Source of the DNA: a virus | Lineage: Duplodnaviria; Caudoviricetes | Reading direction: 5' to 3' (one strand) | IMG/VR virus record: IMGVR_UViG_3300021961_006819 | Span: 1-61,300 of that record | DNA length: 61,300 bases | Shown here: piece by piece, positions 49,278 through 58,699 of the stretch | How the letters are laid out: the number at the start of each line of letters is the position of its first letter | Position numbering within the stretch: position 1 is the stretch's first letter | The notes under the pieces: model-generated | Told to the model about the DNA's origin: nothing | Databases searched by the model: none | Seen by the model: only the letters and a program-made list of their open reading frames with translations | Translations under genes and position numbers: made by a program

Positions 49278-49844
49278 ATGGCAAATAATGTTACGACTTG
49301 GATTAAGGTAGAACAAGGCTCACCTGCCGTGTATGAAAAACTCAAAAGTATCTTTAACGATGCTCAAAATTGGGAAGCGTGGGATTCTACAAAGTTCTAC
49401 GAAGCTCTATACCCAGAACACGCTGGGGAAGATTACAATCGTGAAACATTCACTAAACGAATGGGTGCTAAATGGTGTTATGTAGAATGGTGTGATTTAT
49501 CAGATGATTATTTTGAACTCACAACCATTTCCGCTTGGGATTGGTGTAGTGGTGCATTCGAACGACTCCACCTACTACTTCACGAGGTTGATGAGGATGT
49601 GGTCCTTACTTGTACATTCGAAGATGAGGGTTACAACTTTGTTGGTGGTGCTGCCGTCAAAGAACCTGGTGATGTCTATGATTATCAAGATGACACTCTT
49701 TCATATCCAAACGAGGATGATTACGAATCAGAAGAAGCATATCAAGCGGCTTGTGAGGAATTCTATGATATTGTAGCAGATTCTATGGCGTCTTGTCGTG
49801 ATGAGGCGTTGGAAGATGCTACTTGGGAAGATGGTGATGAATAA
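49278..49844 (+). CDS. Acidic protein, DUF1281/YubB ferredoxin-like
   Basis: MANNV.., MGAKW, TISAW and FEDEG..FVG. Confidence 0.5.
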   Translation: MANNVTTWIKVEQGSPAVYEKLKSIFNDAQNWEAWDSTKFYEALYPEHAGEDYNRETFTKRMGAKWCYVEWCDLSDDYFELTTISAWDWCSGAFERLHLLLHEVDEDVVLTCTFEDEGYNFVGGAAVKEPGDVYDYQDDTLSYPNEDDYESEEAYQAACEEFYDIVADSMASCRDEALEDATWEDGDE

Positions 49845-51527
49845 ATGATTTCGGTAGGGTTTTCAATAGGACACGATAGAGGCGCAGTTCTTATTCGTGA
49901 TGGTGAAGTTGTTGTAGGTATTTCGAGGGAGAGATTATCACGAATCAAATCGGATGAATCTTTTCAGAATGAGATGATTCCTGTGGATTGTATTGATTAT
50001 TGTCTTCAGTCAGAAGGATTGACTTATGATGATGTAGACATTTATTGTTATAATTCCACAATGGTTGAGGATATTGAAGCTCAATTTATAGAGTTGTTAA
50101 ATCAACCAATTGAAAAATTATATTTTATTCCCCATCACCTAGCGCACGCTTATTCAACATACTATTCATCACCATTCGAATCATCGGTGGTGGTTGTTGC
50201 TGACGCTATGGGTAGCGTTGCTACCAAAGATAGTAAAACTTGGGAATGGTTTTCCAAAGGTTACAATCTTACCGATACTTCTGATGAAGAATATGATTGG
50301 GCAGAGGGGATTACAATTTACGATGTATCTGACAACAATTTTAATGAGGTCTATAAAAAATGGATTAAGTTTGAATTTCCGTGGGAAGTTGAAGGAGAAC
50401 AAACATCGGTGGGTGGATACTATGGAATCGGAACACTTCAGTTAGTATACAACCCAATCAATAATACTTGGCAAGCCGGTAAATTGATGGGACTTGCTTC
50501 ATATGCGGAATCGGAGTATGTGGATTCAATTCCACGCCAGACATATCGTGATGGTATGGATGTCTTTATCCCAACAATGAAACACCGACCTGATGTAGAT
50601 TATCGTGATGACTTTCAGTTAAAGGCAAATGTTGCAGGAGTTTATCAGAGAGAACAAGAAGAAATCTCTATGGAATTGGCTCGTATAGGTAAGGAACTTA
50701 CAAATCAAGAAAACATTTGTGTTGCTGGTGGTTCGTTTCTAAATTGTAATACCAACGAAAAAATTATCAAAAGTGAACTATTCCGAGGTACATACTTTGT
50801 ACCACCCGCAGATGATAGTGGAATTCCATTGGGATGTGCTTGGGGTGGATATATTAAATTAAACCCCGAGTTTAAGAAACCAATACGAATTCAATCACCA
50901 TATTTGGGTAGAGAATATTCTCGACAGGAAATCATAGACGCCATTCAAGCAAATGATATTGTCCATCACATTTACTATCCAAACTTTAGTGAATTGGCTG
51001 ATAGAGTTGCTGAATTGTTAGATGAGGGTAAAGTCATTGGTTGGATGCAAGGTGGTTCGGAAATTGGACCTCGTGCTCTTGGTAATCGTTCAATCCTTGC
51101 AAATCCAACAAAATCTTGGATGACTAATTATGTAAATGAATTGAAAGGTAGAGAGTGGTATAGACCATTCGCACCATCAGTTCTACACGATAAACAATCT
51201 CAAGTTTTTGACTTGGATACATTCTCACCATATATGTTAGTTACGGCTAATGTCAAAGATGAGTGGAAATCTAAAATTCCTGCGGTGACTCACATTGATG
51301 GAACATCTCGTTACCAATCAGTCAGTCCCTTTATGAATCCACGCTATTACACTCTGATTGAATCCTTTTACTCAAGAACGGGTGTTCCATTGGTACTAAA
51401 TACATCATTCAACGGACCGGGAGAACCCATCGTTGAAACACCCGAAAACGCAATAAATACATTTCTAAATCGTGGATTACACTATTTAGTAATAGGTAAC
51501 TATCTAATCTTTAAAATCAACAAGTAA
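49845..51527 (+). CDS. Carbamoyltransferase (NodU/CmcH/TobZ family)
   Basis: HHLAHA, GKLMGLA, AGGSFLN, GPRALGNRSIL, RPFAP and LNTSFN. Confidence 0.95.
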   Translation: MISVGFSIGHDRGAVLIRDGEVVVGISRERLSRIKSDESFQNEMIPVDCIDYCLQSEGLTYDDVDIYCYNSTMVEDIEAQFIELLNQPIEKLYFIPHHLAHAYSTYYSSPFESSVVVVADAMGSVATKDSKTWEWFSKGYNLTDTSDEEYDWAEGITIYDVSDNNFNEVYKKWIKFEFPWEVEGEQTSVGGYYGIGTLQLVYNPINNTWQAGKLMGLASYAESEYVDSIPRQTYRDGMDVFIPTMKHRPDVDYRDDFQLKANVAGVYQREQEEISMELARIGKELTNQENICVAGGSFLNCNTNEKIIKSELFRGTYFVPPADDSGIPLGCAWGGYIKLNPEFKKPIRIQSPYLGREYSRQEIIDAIQANDIVHHIYYPNFSELADRVAELLDEGKVIGWMQGGSEIGPRALGNRSILANPTKSWMTNYVNELKGREWYRPFAPSVLHDKQSQVFDLDTFSPYMLVTANVKDEWKSKIPAVTHIDGTSRYQSVSPFMNPRYYTLIESFYSRTGVPLVLNTSFNGPGEPIVETPENAINTFLNRGLHYLVIGNYLIFKINK

Positions 51528-51528
51528 A

Positions 51529-52119
51529 ATGAAAAAAATTACACTCTTTCTAACTCTTCTTGTCCTTACGACAACATCCGTATTTGGACAACTCCGTGAT
51601 TCCATTTGGTGGAACACTCCGTACTTCGAAATTGTTTATTCCGAGGTTCTCGAACAACCCAAGTGGGTTCACTATCGTGTAGCTTGTCCAACCGGCAACG
51701 CAAGTCGTAGTGGTATGGATTTCTACAAAGAACAAGGAATCAAAACATCAGACCACAAAGATTACGAAAACAATGTGTGGGATAAGGGTCATATGGCACC
51801 TGCTGCAGATTTCAATTGTACTCGTGATATGTTGTACGAAACATTCACTTATATGAACTGCGCTCTTCAACATCAGTCACTCAATCGTGGTGTATGGAAA
51901 CATTTGGAAGCCAGAGAACGACAACTCGCCAGTCAGTTCCCAGTAGTTGATATTACAATCCGTATCGTATTTGATAAGAAACCAACCAAGGTCGAGGGAG
52001 GGGCTTCAATTCCGAGTGGCTTTTATAAAACTATTAAGTACGGAAATGTGACCGAGATTTACTATTTCCCAAACACAACCCCAACTTCAACGGACTTTAA
52101 CACTTATCGTACTAATTGA
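51529..52119 (+). CDS. Secreted DNA/RNA non-specific endonuclease
   Basis: Signal peptide; DKGHMAPA, TF.Y.N..Q..LNRG.W..LE. Confidence 0.9.
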   Translation: MKKITLFLTLLVLTTTSVFGQLRDSIWWNTPYFEIVYSEVLEQPKWVHYRVACPTGNASRSGMDFYKEQGIKTSDHKDYENNVWDKGHMAPAADFNCTRDMLYETFTYMNCALQHQSLNRGVWKHLEARERQLASQFPVVDITIRIVFDKKPTKVEGGASIPSGFYKTIKYGNVTEIYYFPNTTPTSTDFNTYRTN

Positions 52120-53162
52120 TGAGAAAACTCTTATTACCCATATTGGGATTGTTATTTATCGCGGGATGCGGTGAAGACCCAGTACCACCATCCCCAAAAG
52201 ATTATGAAGGAATCTTGGTGGTTAATGACATTGATTCGAATACAACTTGGTATTCAGATTCAATCTATACCATTCGTGGAAGAATTGCAGTAAAGGAAGG
52301 CGCTACTCTAACTATCCAACCAGGATGTATTATTAAGGGAGAGCCGGGGTCTGGCGCAAACGCATCGTGTTTAGTTATCGCTCAAGGTGCTAAGATTTAC
52401 GCTCTTGGAACTGAATCTTCTCCAATCATCTTTACATCAACAGCAGATTCAATTCAACCAGGTCAAATCGTATCCCCAAATTTAGATGAAACTTATACAG
52501 GTCTTTGGGGTGGTTTAATCATTCTTGGATACGCTCCTATTTCTACAACAATCTCACCTGTTCAGATTGAGGGAATCCCATCATCAGACCCAAGTGGTCT
52601 TTATGGTGGACTTGATTCACTTGATAATTCAGGCGCATTACAATATGTATCCATCCGCCACGGAGGAACAAACATCGGTCAAGGAAACGAAATCAATGGT
52701 CTGACTTTGGGTGGTGTTGGATTCCTTACAATAATAGACCACATTGAGGTTGTTGGAAACCAAGACGATGGTATTGAAATCTTTGGAGGAAATGTTGGAG
52801 TACGACACGCAGTTGTATGGGGCCAACAAGATGATGGATTTGATTTGGACCAAGGATATTCCGGACTGATTAATAGTTTCATTCATATTGAGGGTGGTGG
52901 TGTACACGACCACGCTCTTGAAATTGATGGGGGTGAAGGTTCTTGGAATAAATCATTCACTATGACCAACGGAATGGTAGTAAGTCAAGATACTGCTCAA
53001 TTAGCATTCCGTGATGATGCTATGGGATATATTTCAATCTTTGGAACATTTAAGACAAAACCATCAGCCGGAACTTCGGTAATGGTTGATACACTATTTA
53101 CTAACACTGTTGACCTAACCGAGTTCAATTGGACTTGGAGTCACGCCGCAGGAAAAATCTAA
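52116..53162 (+). CDS. Bacteroidetes-type beta-helix lipoprotein
   Basis: Lipobox IAGC; WGGLIILG, DNSG.LQYVSIRHGG, NEINGLTLGGVG and DDGIEIFGG. Confidence 0.75.
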   Translation: MMRKLLLPILGLLFIAGCGEDPVPPSPKDYEGILVVNDIDSNTTWYSDSIYTIRGRIAVKEGATLTIQPGCIIKGEPGSGANASCLVIAQGAKIYALGTESSPIIFTSTADSIQPGQIVSPNLDETYTGLWGGLIILGYAPISTTISPVQIEGIPSSDPSGLYGGLDSLDNSGALQYVSIRHGGTNIGQGNEINGLTLGGVGFLTIIDHIEVVGNQDDGIEIFGGNVGVRHAVVWGQQDDGFDLDQGYSGLINSFIHIEGGGVHDHALEIDGGEGSWNKSFTMTNGMVVSQDTAQLAFRDDAMGYISIFGTFKTKPSAGTSVMVDTLFTNTVDLTEFNWTWSHAAGKI

Positions 53163-53165
53163 ACT

Positions 53166-54740
53166 ATGAAACGATTCCTCACATCCCTACTGATTCTCGC
53201 ATCATTTGCAAGTTTTGGTTCTCACCTCGCCGGTGGTGATATTCAATACAAATATATTGGAGATTCAACCGGAGTAAATAGACACTACAAAGTAATCTTA
53301 CGAGTATATAGGGATGTGACCGGAATCGGAATGCCCACTACGGAGAATGTGACGGTTTCATCAGGATGTTTTACAAATATAAATGTTCCGATGAACCTCA
53401 CCGCCGGAAGTGGTGTGGTATCTCCAACTTTATTCGACTGTGTGAATCCATCTCCAAATGTAAAAACCTTGGAGGTGTATCGTTATATAGGGTATGTAAT
53501 TTTACCAAGTAATTGTTCTGATATTACATTTTGGTATTCGAATTGTTGTAGACCGCCAGGAATTACAAATATTAACACTTCAAATGGTGGGGGTTCGGAT
53601 GGATTCTATTTTGATGCAAAATTAAACAATACTCAAGGTCAGAACTCATCTCCTATATTTGTATCAGAGCCAGTTCGAGCATTTTGTGTGGGTAATCCTT
53701 TCAGTTGGAAACAATCCACAATTGAGTACGATGGTGATTCGGTGGTGTATTCTCTTATTAATTGTAGAGAAAACGCATATCCAAACCAAACCGACATTCC
53801 ATTTGACGCGGGGTGGAGTAAGAATCAGCCGGTTACATCCGCATATTTTAGTATAAATCCCAATACAGGTCTTATCTCATTCCTACCAACCAACCAAGAA
53901 ATTGATGTCTTGTCGGTATTGGTAGAAGAATATAGATGGGATACGATTAATTTGTGGTGGTATCCGATAGGAACTGCTTCCAGAGATATGATGATATCAA
54001 TCGCATCAACTTGTAATCCAATCGCAATGAGTGGGGTTCAGTTTGATTCGAATACATATCCTCTTGATTCAATCACAGGGTTACCATATAAAGAAGTACA
54101 ATGTGGTGATACTGCGTTCGGAATCAAATTCCATATTGCATTAGATGGATACTCAATCAATGACATAGATTTCCGTATGACCAATACAATGACCTCACAG
54201 CCAGAAGCGATTACAAAGATTTGGTCGGATGTGGATGTGAATTATGAAACCGATTCAGTTCGTGTGGTTATGTTCGCTCCATTCAGTCAAGAAGGAAATT
54301 ATTACCTATATTCCAAGAAGGGGAACGATGGGAACACGCTTATAAACAAATGTGGAATCCCAATGAACGAGTTTGATACAATATTAGTCAAAGTTGTGAA
54401 TTGTCCACCTTGTCCACCAGACCCACCTATTGGAACTATTGACCAAGAATTGGAGGGAATCCCACCAAGTCCACTACCACAACCCGTGGTGATTCCGAAT
54501 GTGATGACTCCAAATGGTGATAATAAAAATGATTTGTTCACTATTGAAAATTTAATGGACTGGGAATATAGAGAATTAATTATATTCAATCGTTGGGGTG
54601 GTATTGTATATTACAATTACAACTATCAAAATGATTGGGATGGTGGAAGCGTTTCAGATGGTGTTTACTTTGGTGTATTGAATATATCCTATAAAGATAT
54701 TATAGAAGAACACCACTTTGATGTAACTATAACGAGATAA
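53166..54740 (+). CDS. Secreted protein with T9SS type B (gliding-motility-associated, CHU_C) C-terminal domain
   Basis: Signal peptide, SHLAGGDIQY, NCCR, NSSPIF; CTD IPNVMTPNGDNKND..IFNRWG..WDG..GVYF. Confidence 0.88.
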   Translation: MKRFLTSLLILASFASFGSHLAGGDIQYKYIGDSTGVNRHYKVILRVYRDVTGIGMPTTENVTVSSGCFTNINVPMNLTAGSGVVSPTLFDCVNPSPNVKTLEVYRYIGYVILPSNCSDITFWYSNCCRPPGITNINTSNGGGSDGFYFDAKLNNTQGQNSSPIFVSEPVRAFCVGNPFSWKQSTIEYDGDSVVYSLINCRENAYPNQTDIPFDAGWSKNQPVTSAYFSINPNTGLISFLPTNQEIDVLSVLVEEYRWDTINLWWYPIGTASRDMMISIASTCNPIAMSGVQFDSNTYPLDSITGLPYKEVQCGDTAFGIKFHIALDGYSINDIDFRMTNTMTSQPEAITKIWSDVDVNYETDSVRVVMFAPFSQEGNYYLYSKKGNDGNTLINKCGIPMNEFDTILVKVVNCPPCPPDPPIGTIDQELEGIPPSPLPQPVVIPNVMTPNGDNKNDLFTIENLMDWEYRELIIFNRWGGIVYYNYNYQNDWDGGSVSDGVYFGVLNISYKDIIEEHHFDVTITR

Positions 54741-54741
54741 T

Positions 54742-54912
54742 ATGCCAGAAAAGAAACCATTTTCAGATACATTTATGGCATCGCTCATATGGAATACAAA
54801 CCCAGGACAAATGTTGGGTGTTGTTCTTATAATGATGAAGATGGCTAAAGAAATGGATGATGGTACTGATTGGGATGAGTATTGGAGTAGAGTTGGATTC
54901 ATAAAAGAATAA
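54742..54912 (+). CDS. Small hypothetical protein, 56 aa
   Basis: Not in ORF track; fills the gap exactly. Confidence 0.45.
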   Translation: MPEKKPFSDTFMASLIWNTNPGQMLGVVLIMMKMAKEMDDGTDWDEYWSRVGFIKE

Positions 54913-55320
54913 GTGATGATTAAATTGGTTGTTGGAATGTTAGTAGATGAGGATAAATTCCTTATAGGTCGTAGAAAGCCGGACAATAAGAATTACCCCG
55001 ATATGTGGGAATTGCCGGGTGGAAAGATTGAAGAAGGTGAAACGCCTTGGGAAGCAATCAATAGAGAATGGAAGGAAGAACTCGACATTAACATCAGAGT
55101 TCTCCATCAAATCCCCGAAAGAGAGATGTTAGAAACTATGGTGTATCCTTTCATTATTAGGTATGAAAGTGGTAAAGCTAAAAAAAACGACCATAGTGAT
55201 ATAAAATTTATAAAAATTTCGGATATAAACGACTATTTATTCACTCCTATAAGTAAAAAAATTATACATATAGTAAAGGGAAGTTATTCACTATTTTTAA
55301 AAGAACCACCACAGGAGTAA
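54913..55320 (+). CDS. Nudix hydrolase (MutT-like)
   Basis: WELPGGKIEEGETPWEAINREWKEEL Nudix box. Confidence 0.92.
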   Translation: MMIKLVVGMLVDEDKFLIGRRKPDNKNYPDMWELPGGKIEEGETPWEAINREWKEELDINIRVLHQIPEREMLETMVYPFIIRYESGKAKKNDHSDIKFIKISDINDYLFTPISKKIIHIVKGSYSLFLKEPPQE

Positions 55321-55331
55321 GGAGCCAACAA

Positions 55332-55505
55332 ATGAAAACCATCATCGAACGAGTTCAGAAATGGAACAAGTTCAAAAAGAAGTCCGTAGGAAACAAATCC
55401 AAACAAGTCAGTATCGTAGAAAAACCCACCGATTGTATAGGGTGGACAATGGCAGACAATTCAGAGAAACCATTCATTCCAGAATTTATTAAGAACAATG
55501 AGTAA
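55332..55505 (+). CDS. Small hypothetical protein, 57 aa
   Basis: SD AAGGAG; MKTIIERVQK... Confidence 0.5.
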   Translation: MKTIIERVQKWNKFKKKSVGNKSKQVSIVEKPTDCIGWTMADNSEKPFIPEFIKNNE

Positions 55506-55740
55506 CGACAAATCCTTCACCGACCCACAATTGGATGGTCACGAACGATTTCGTGTGTCCAAAGAAAATTTTGGAGTATCTAACGATACCCGCAAAATTA
55601 TTCTTGAGAAACTTAATGAGTTTGAGATATGGGATACAACGCTTGGTGATGGTCTTGAGGATTTAGATTGGAATGATGATGAGTATGATAATTGGTATCC
55701 AGATTTCCCCAGTTCAAGTTCGTATGAAATAAAAGGATAA
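55498..55740 (+). CDS. Acidic hypothetical protein
   Basis: WDTTLGDGLED. Confidence 0.55.
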   Translation: MSNDKSFTDPQLDGHERFRVSKENFGVSNDTRKIILEKLNEFEIWDTTLGDGLEDLDWNDDEYDNWYPDFPSSSSYEIKG

Positions 55741-55744
55741 AACT

Positions 55745-55906
55745 ATGACACTACAAGAAGAATTAAATTATTGGAATGAGTTATACTCTCAAGAGATTCA
55801 AACGAATCCAAGTTCAGTATACGCAAGTGAATTAAATGATTATCGTAAGGAATGTTTACGAGAGTTAAATGGTGAAACCATTGTAAGAACACGACCAAGT
55901 GTATAA
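55745..55906 (+). CDS. Small hypothetical protein, 53 aa
   Basis: MTLQEELNYW...; fills the gap. Confidence 0.45.
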   Translation: MTLQEELNYWNELYSQEIQTNPSSVYASELNDYRKECLRELNGETIVRTRPSV

Positions 55907-55925
55907 TTAAAACAAATATAAAGAT

Positions 55926-56288
55926 ATGAAAGCAAAAGTTATTGATGTACATTACAGGAAAGACAGCGAGTCATTCCCAGAATGGATGAAGTATGAAATC
56001 ACCTTACTAAATGAGGATGGTACAACGGAAAGAATCCCTGCGTATGGAAAAGACCTTCAAGACGCATTGGATAGGGTTGTCCACGATAGAAAGGTTGAGA
56101 GAATCTCCGAGAAGGTTGAGAAAGTTCCCCTAGCGGTATGGCTTCTCTTATGGTTCTCTTATTTGGGAATTCTTATCATTGCGTATACCATCACAGATAA
56201 TCCATTTATAATTCTTGGTGGAATCATTGGTATTGGTGGTGTAGTCGCTTCCTTGAATTGGTGGTCTAAATTCCGTAACAAACCATAA
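55926..56288 (+). CDS. Membrane protein (2 C-terminal TM)
   Basis: PAYGKDLQDAL plus two hydrophobic helices. Confidence 0.65.
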   Translation: MKAKVIDVHYRKDSESFPEWMKYEITLLNEDGTTERIPAYGKDLQDALDRVVHDRKVERISEKVEKVPLAVWLLLWFSYLGILIIAYTITDNPFIILGGIIGIGGVVASLNWWSKFRNKP

Positions 56289-56434
56289 TGATACAAAACG
56301 AAGAATGGGTTGGGATAGATAATGAGGTCGTTCATTACTATGATTCTATGAAAGAATGTATCCAAGGTGGTCACAAAGTGAATATGACAAAACGATACTA
56401 CATTCATCACTATAAAGAAGAACACAAATTGTAG
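56288..56434 (+). CDS. Small hypothetical protein, 48 aa
   Basis: TAATG-coupled. Confidence 0.4.
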   Translation: MIQNEEWVGIDNEVVHYYDSMKECIQGGHKVNMTKRYYIHHYKEEHKL

Positions 56435-56537
56435 GGATATGAACAATGAAAATAATAGCGTATCAACTCCTCTCTATGACAATCATAGGAATATTGGTGA
56501 TGATACCTATCGTATTAATTTATATACAAGATAAGAA

Positions 56538-56780
56538 ATGGAATCGTACAAAGAAGAAGTAGACCAAATCATATTCAGAGATGAGTATGTTATTATCGTT
56601 ACTACAAGTAAGACCTATACCGTAAAGTATAAGGATATGGGTTCAGTAGCGAAGGGATGGTTAGAGAATATTAACGCGTGTGGATTGAGTATCGCCAAAT
56701 TCCCTCAAAATAGAGATAAATACTATACGGGTAAGGAATTAGAAGACCATCACGAATATATTGATACTAAATATGAGTAG
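56538..56780 (+). CDS. Hypothetical protein
   Basis: 80-aa ORF. Confidence 0.55.
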   Translation: MESYKEEVDQIIFRDEYVIIVTTSKTYTVKYKDMGSVAKGWLENINACGLSIAKFPQNRDKYYTGKELEDHHEYIDTKYE

Positions 56781-56952
56781 GATAGAATTAACTCCAAGGG
56801 GATATAGAATCAGAACCTTACTCATCGCTATCGGAATATTTGGTCTTATGAGAATGGGATGGATAGGTGAGGGGATTGGAAGCTTCTTATTTGGGATGTG
56901 TTTTGGATTCATATTCTTATCTATTAAAAATGAACGGAAAAACCGTGAATAA
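56761..56952 (+). CDS. Small membrane protein
   Basis: Two hydrophobic segments. Confidence 0.5.
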   Translation: MILNMSRIELTPRGYRIRTLLIAIGIFGLMRMGWIGEGIGSFLFGMCFGFIFLSIKNERKNRE

Positions 56953-57123
56953 AAAATAAATCAGTACAATGCTACGATTCATACTAATACTCATTATATC
57001 CTTTATACTAACCTCTCTATTATACAATACAATAGAAGAAGTAATAAACTATACTATGTCTATGACCTTCTTCGTTACATTAGGATGGGAAACCATACGG
57101 GCTATAAGGAATAGGAATAAGGA

Positions 57124-57357
57124 ATGACCCACAATAAGAATATTATTGACCTACACGGAGTCCGACACGAATGGGTAGAAGAAGTGTTGGAGAAGGCCCT
57201 ATTAGGATACCACGATACCCAAGGGTGGATAATTATCACAGGCAATTCACCTTTAATGATTGAAATAGTAGAGAGTTGGTTAAGTAGACACTGGTTTGGC
57301 TGGTATAGAGAAGACCATAACTACGGAAGAATTATTCTTACTGAAGATTGGAGATAG
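57124..57357 (+). CDS. Stand-alone Smr-domain protein
   Basis: IIDLHG..IITGNS..NYG. Confidence 0.7.
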   Translation: MTHNKNIIDLHGVRHEWVEEVLEKALLGYHDTQGWIIITGNSPLMIEIVESWLSRHWFGWYREDHNYGRIILTEDWR

Positions 57358-57437
57358 GGATTCGGAGGGCTACGGAAACCCTTATCAGAGGATTCAGAGC
57401 TGGAAAACGGCTGGATGATTTACCACCAAAATTTATA

Positions 57438-57460
57438 GACACCCAATAGGGTGTTTTTTT
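57438..57460 (+). terminator. Intrinsic terminator
   Basis: GACACCC-AATA-GGGTGTT followed by TTTTT. Confidence 0.75.
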
Positions 57461-57848
57461 ATGCCCAACCCTCCAATTCTCGATTCTCGAATCACGAATC
57501 CAAAAATATTACCTTTAAAAACCCTCAAAAAAGGGGAGAAAGTGGGGAAAGGTGGGGAATAATGGTAAACACTCTTTCGTATAACTCATATTTGGTAAGT
57601 GTATTTCATTATTGGTAAACACACCAGCACCCCACACATAGGGGTCAGAATCCCCAAATCATTTAATTTTTCCCTAATTAACACAAACACACCTCCCATT
57701 TTATACTGGTATTATTATTTAACACTAATTGAGCACATATACTATGTCTTTTTTGGCGGAAAGCAAAATTTTTGCTGGGAAAGTTATTAACAGCCCTTTG
57801 TGGATAACTTTTTCCCATAGATTTTCTCTATAGCGACCACCCAAAAAC

Positions 57849-57963
57849 CCTGACATAATGACTTAAAGTAATACTTTAAGCGTGGAACATTTCTTAAAGT
57901 AAAGCTTTAAGGCCCGACCTGACACGATGTCACTTAAAGTAATACTTTAACTCCGTGGAACAT
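57849..57963. repeat. Duplicated unit containing three copies of palindrome CTTAAAGTAATACTTTAAG
   Basis: Palindromes at 57862, 57893 (variant) and 57933; units CCTGACA..palindrome..CGTGGAACAT at 57849-57890 and 57918-57963. Confidence 0.85.
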
Positions 57964-57998
57964 TGTTGATAACTTTTTTGAAAAAATAAGCCGCAAAG

Positions 57999-58030
57999 CT
58001 TGTGCAATTCGGAAATTTGTCGTATATTTG
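57999..58030 (+). promoter_or_regulatory. Sigma70-type promoter
   Basis: TTG ending at 58002, N20, TATATTTG 58023. Confidence 0.55.
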
Positions 58031-58150
58031 TTATGTTGGGGGCGCTGACTATATAAAAAAAATGCGATTAAAAGCTCAAACGCGTGCAAACCCAACGGGA
58101 ATGGGGGTTCCCGATGTGGATAACTTTGTTGATAACTTTATTTTATTTTG

Positions 58151-58182
58151 TTTGGATATTAAAAGAAATAGTGTTATCTTTG
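58151..58182 (+). promoter_or_regulatory. Sigma70-type promoter
   Basis: TTTG 58151, N20, TATCTTTG 58175. Confidence 0.7.
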
Positions 58183-58193
58183 TATAGTAAGAT

Positions 58194-58376
58194 ATGTTAA
58201 GAGATATAAAAATTAATTACGCTAGCAAGGCTGGCAGTATTACATTCACCAAAGTAGGTGAACTAACGAAGTCAGAAGTCAACGAATGTCTAGCCTATTG
58301 TTGGTGGAGATTCAGAAAATCAATTAGGAAGGAATCTCTTTCCGAATGTGGGATGGAGTTCCAAGTAAAGATTTAA
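58194..58376 (+). CDS. Small early protein
   Basis: Follows promoter; 60 aa. Confidence 0.55.
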   Translation: MLRDIKINYASKAGSITFTKVGELTKSEVNECLAYCWWRFRKSIRKESLSECGMEFQVKI

Positions 58377-58450
58377 CAATTTAATAACATAAAAGGCTTG
58401 TGGATATGAAAATTATTCACTACATTTGTATAGTAAGATTAAGAGATATG
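58373..58450 (+). promoter_or_regulatory. Promoter with TTAACA/ATAACA direct repeat and GTAAGATTAAGAGATATG leader
   Basis: TTAACA 58373, ATAACA 58384, CTTG 58397, TACATTTG 58421. Confidence 0.65.
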
Positions 58451-58660
58451 ATTGAGTTAAAAGATTGTTACCAAGCGTTCCCCCAAATGGACTCCAATGT
58501 GTATTGGGTGTATAAGAATGGCCACAAAGTTAGTGTGGTGGTTACTGATAGTGAAGAACGGGCTATTAAGTCCTATAAGAGAGAGGAAGCTCGTAAGAGC
58601 CGTATCTCCAACCTTATCGCTACCCATATCAGTATGGAGAACGGAATGTTTGGATTGTAA
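58448..58660 (+). CDS. Small early protein
   Basis: Start ATG 58448 after conserved leader. Confidence 0.6.
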   Translation: MIELKDCYQAFPQMDSNVYWVYKNGHKVSVVVTDSEERAIKSYKREEARKSRISNLIATHISMENGMFGL

Positions 58661-58699
58661 AAAAGTGAAATAAAAACTAAATAGCTAATAGTATATAGT

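Larger units (their letters stand above)
57783..58135. other. Candidate replication origin or control region with DnaA-box-like 9-mers
   Basis: TGTGGATAA (reverse of TTATCCACA) at 57799 and 58115; TGTTGATAA at 57964 and 58127; TTATTAACA near 57784. Confidence 0.5.

Noticed and set aside
57881-57962. Complete parS sites
   Set aside because: Only the CGTGGAACA half of the 16-bp palindrome is present in each copy
57599-58187. ORFs 57599-57790 and 58002-58187
   Set aside because: Non-ATG starts, atypical composition, and overlap with promoter or DnaA-box motifs of the non-coding region
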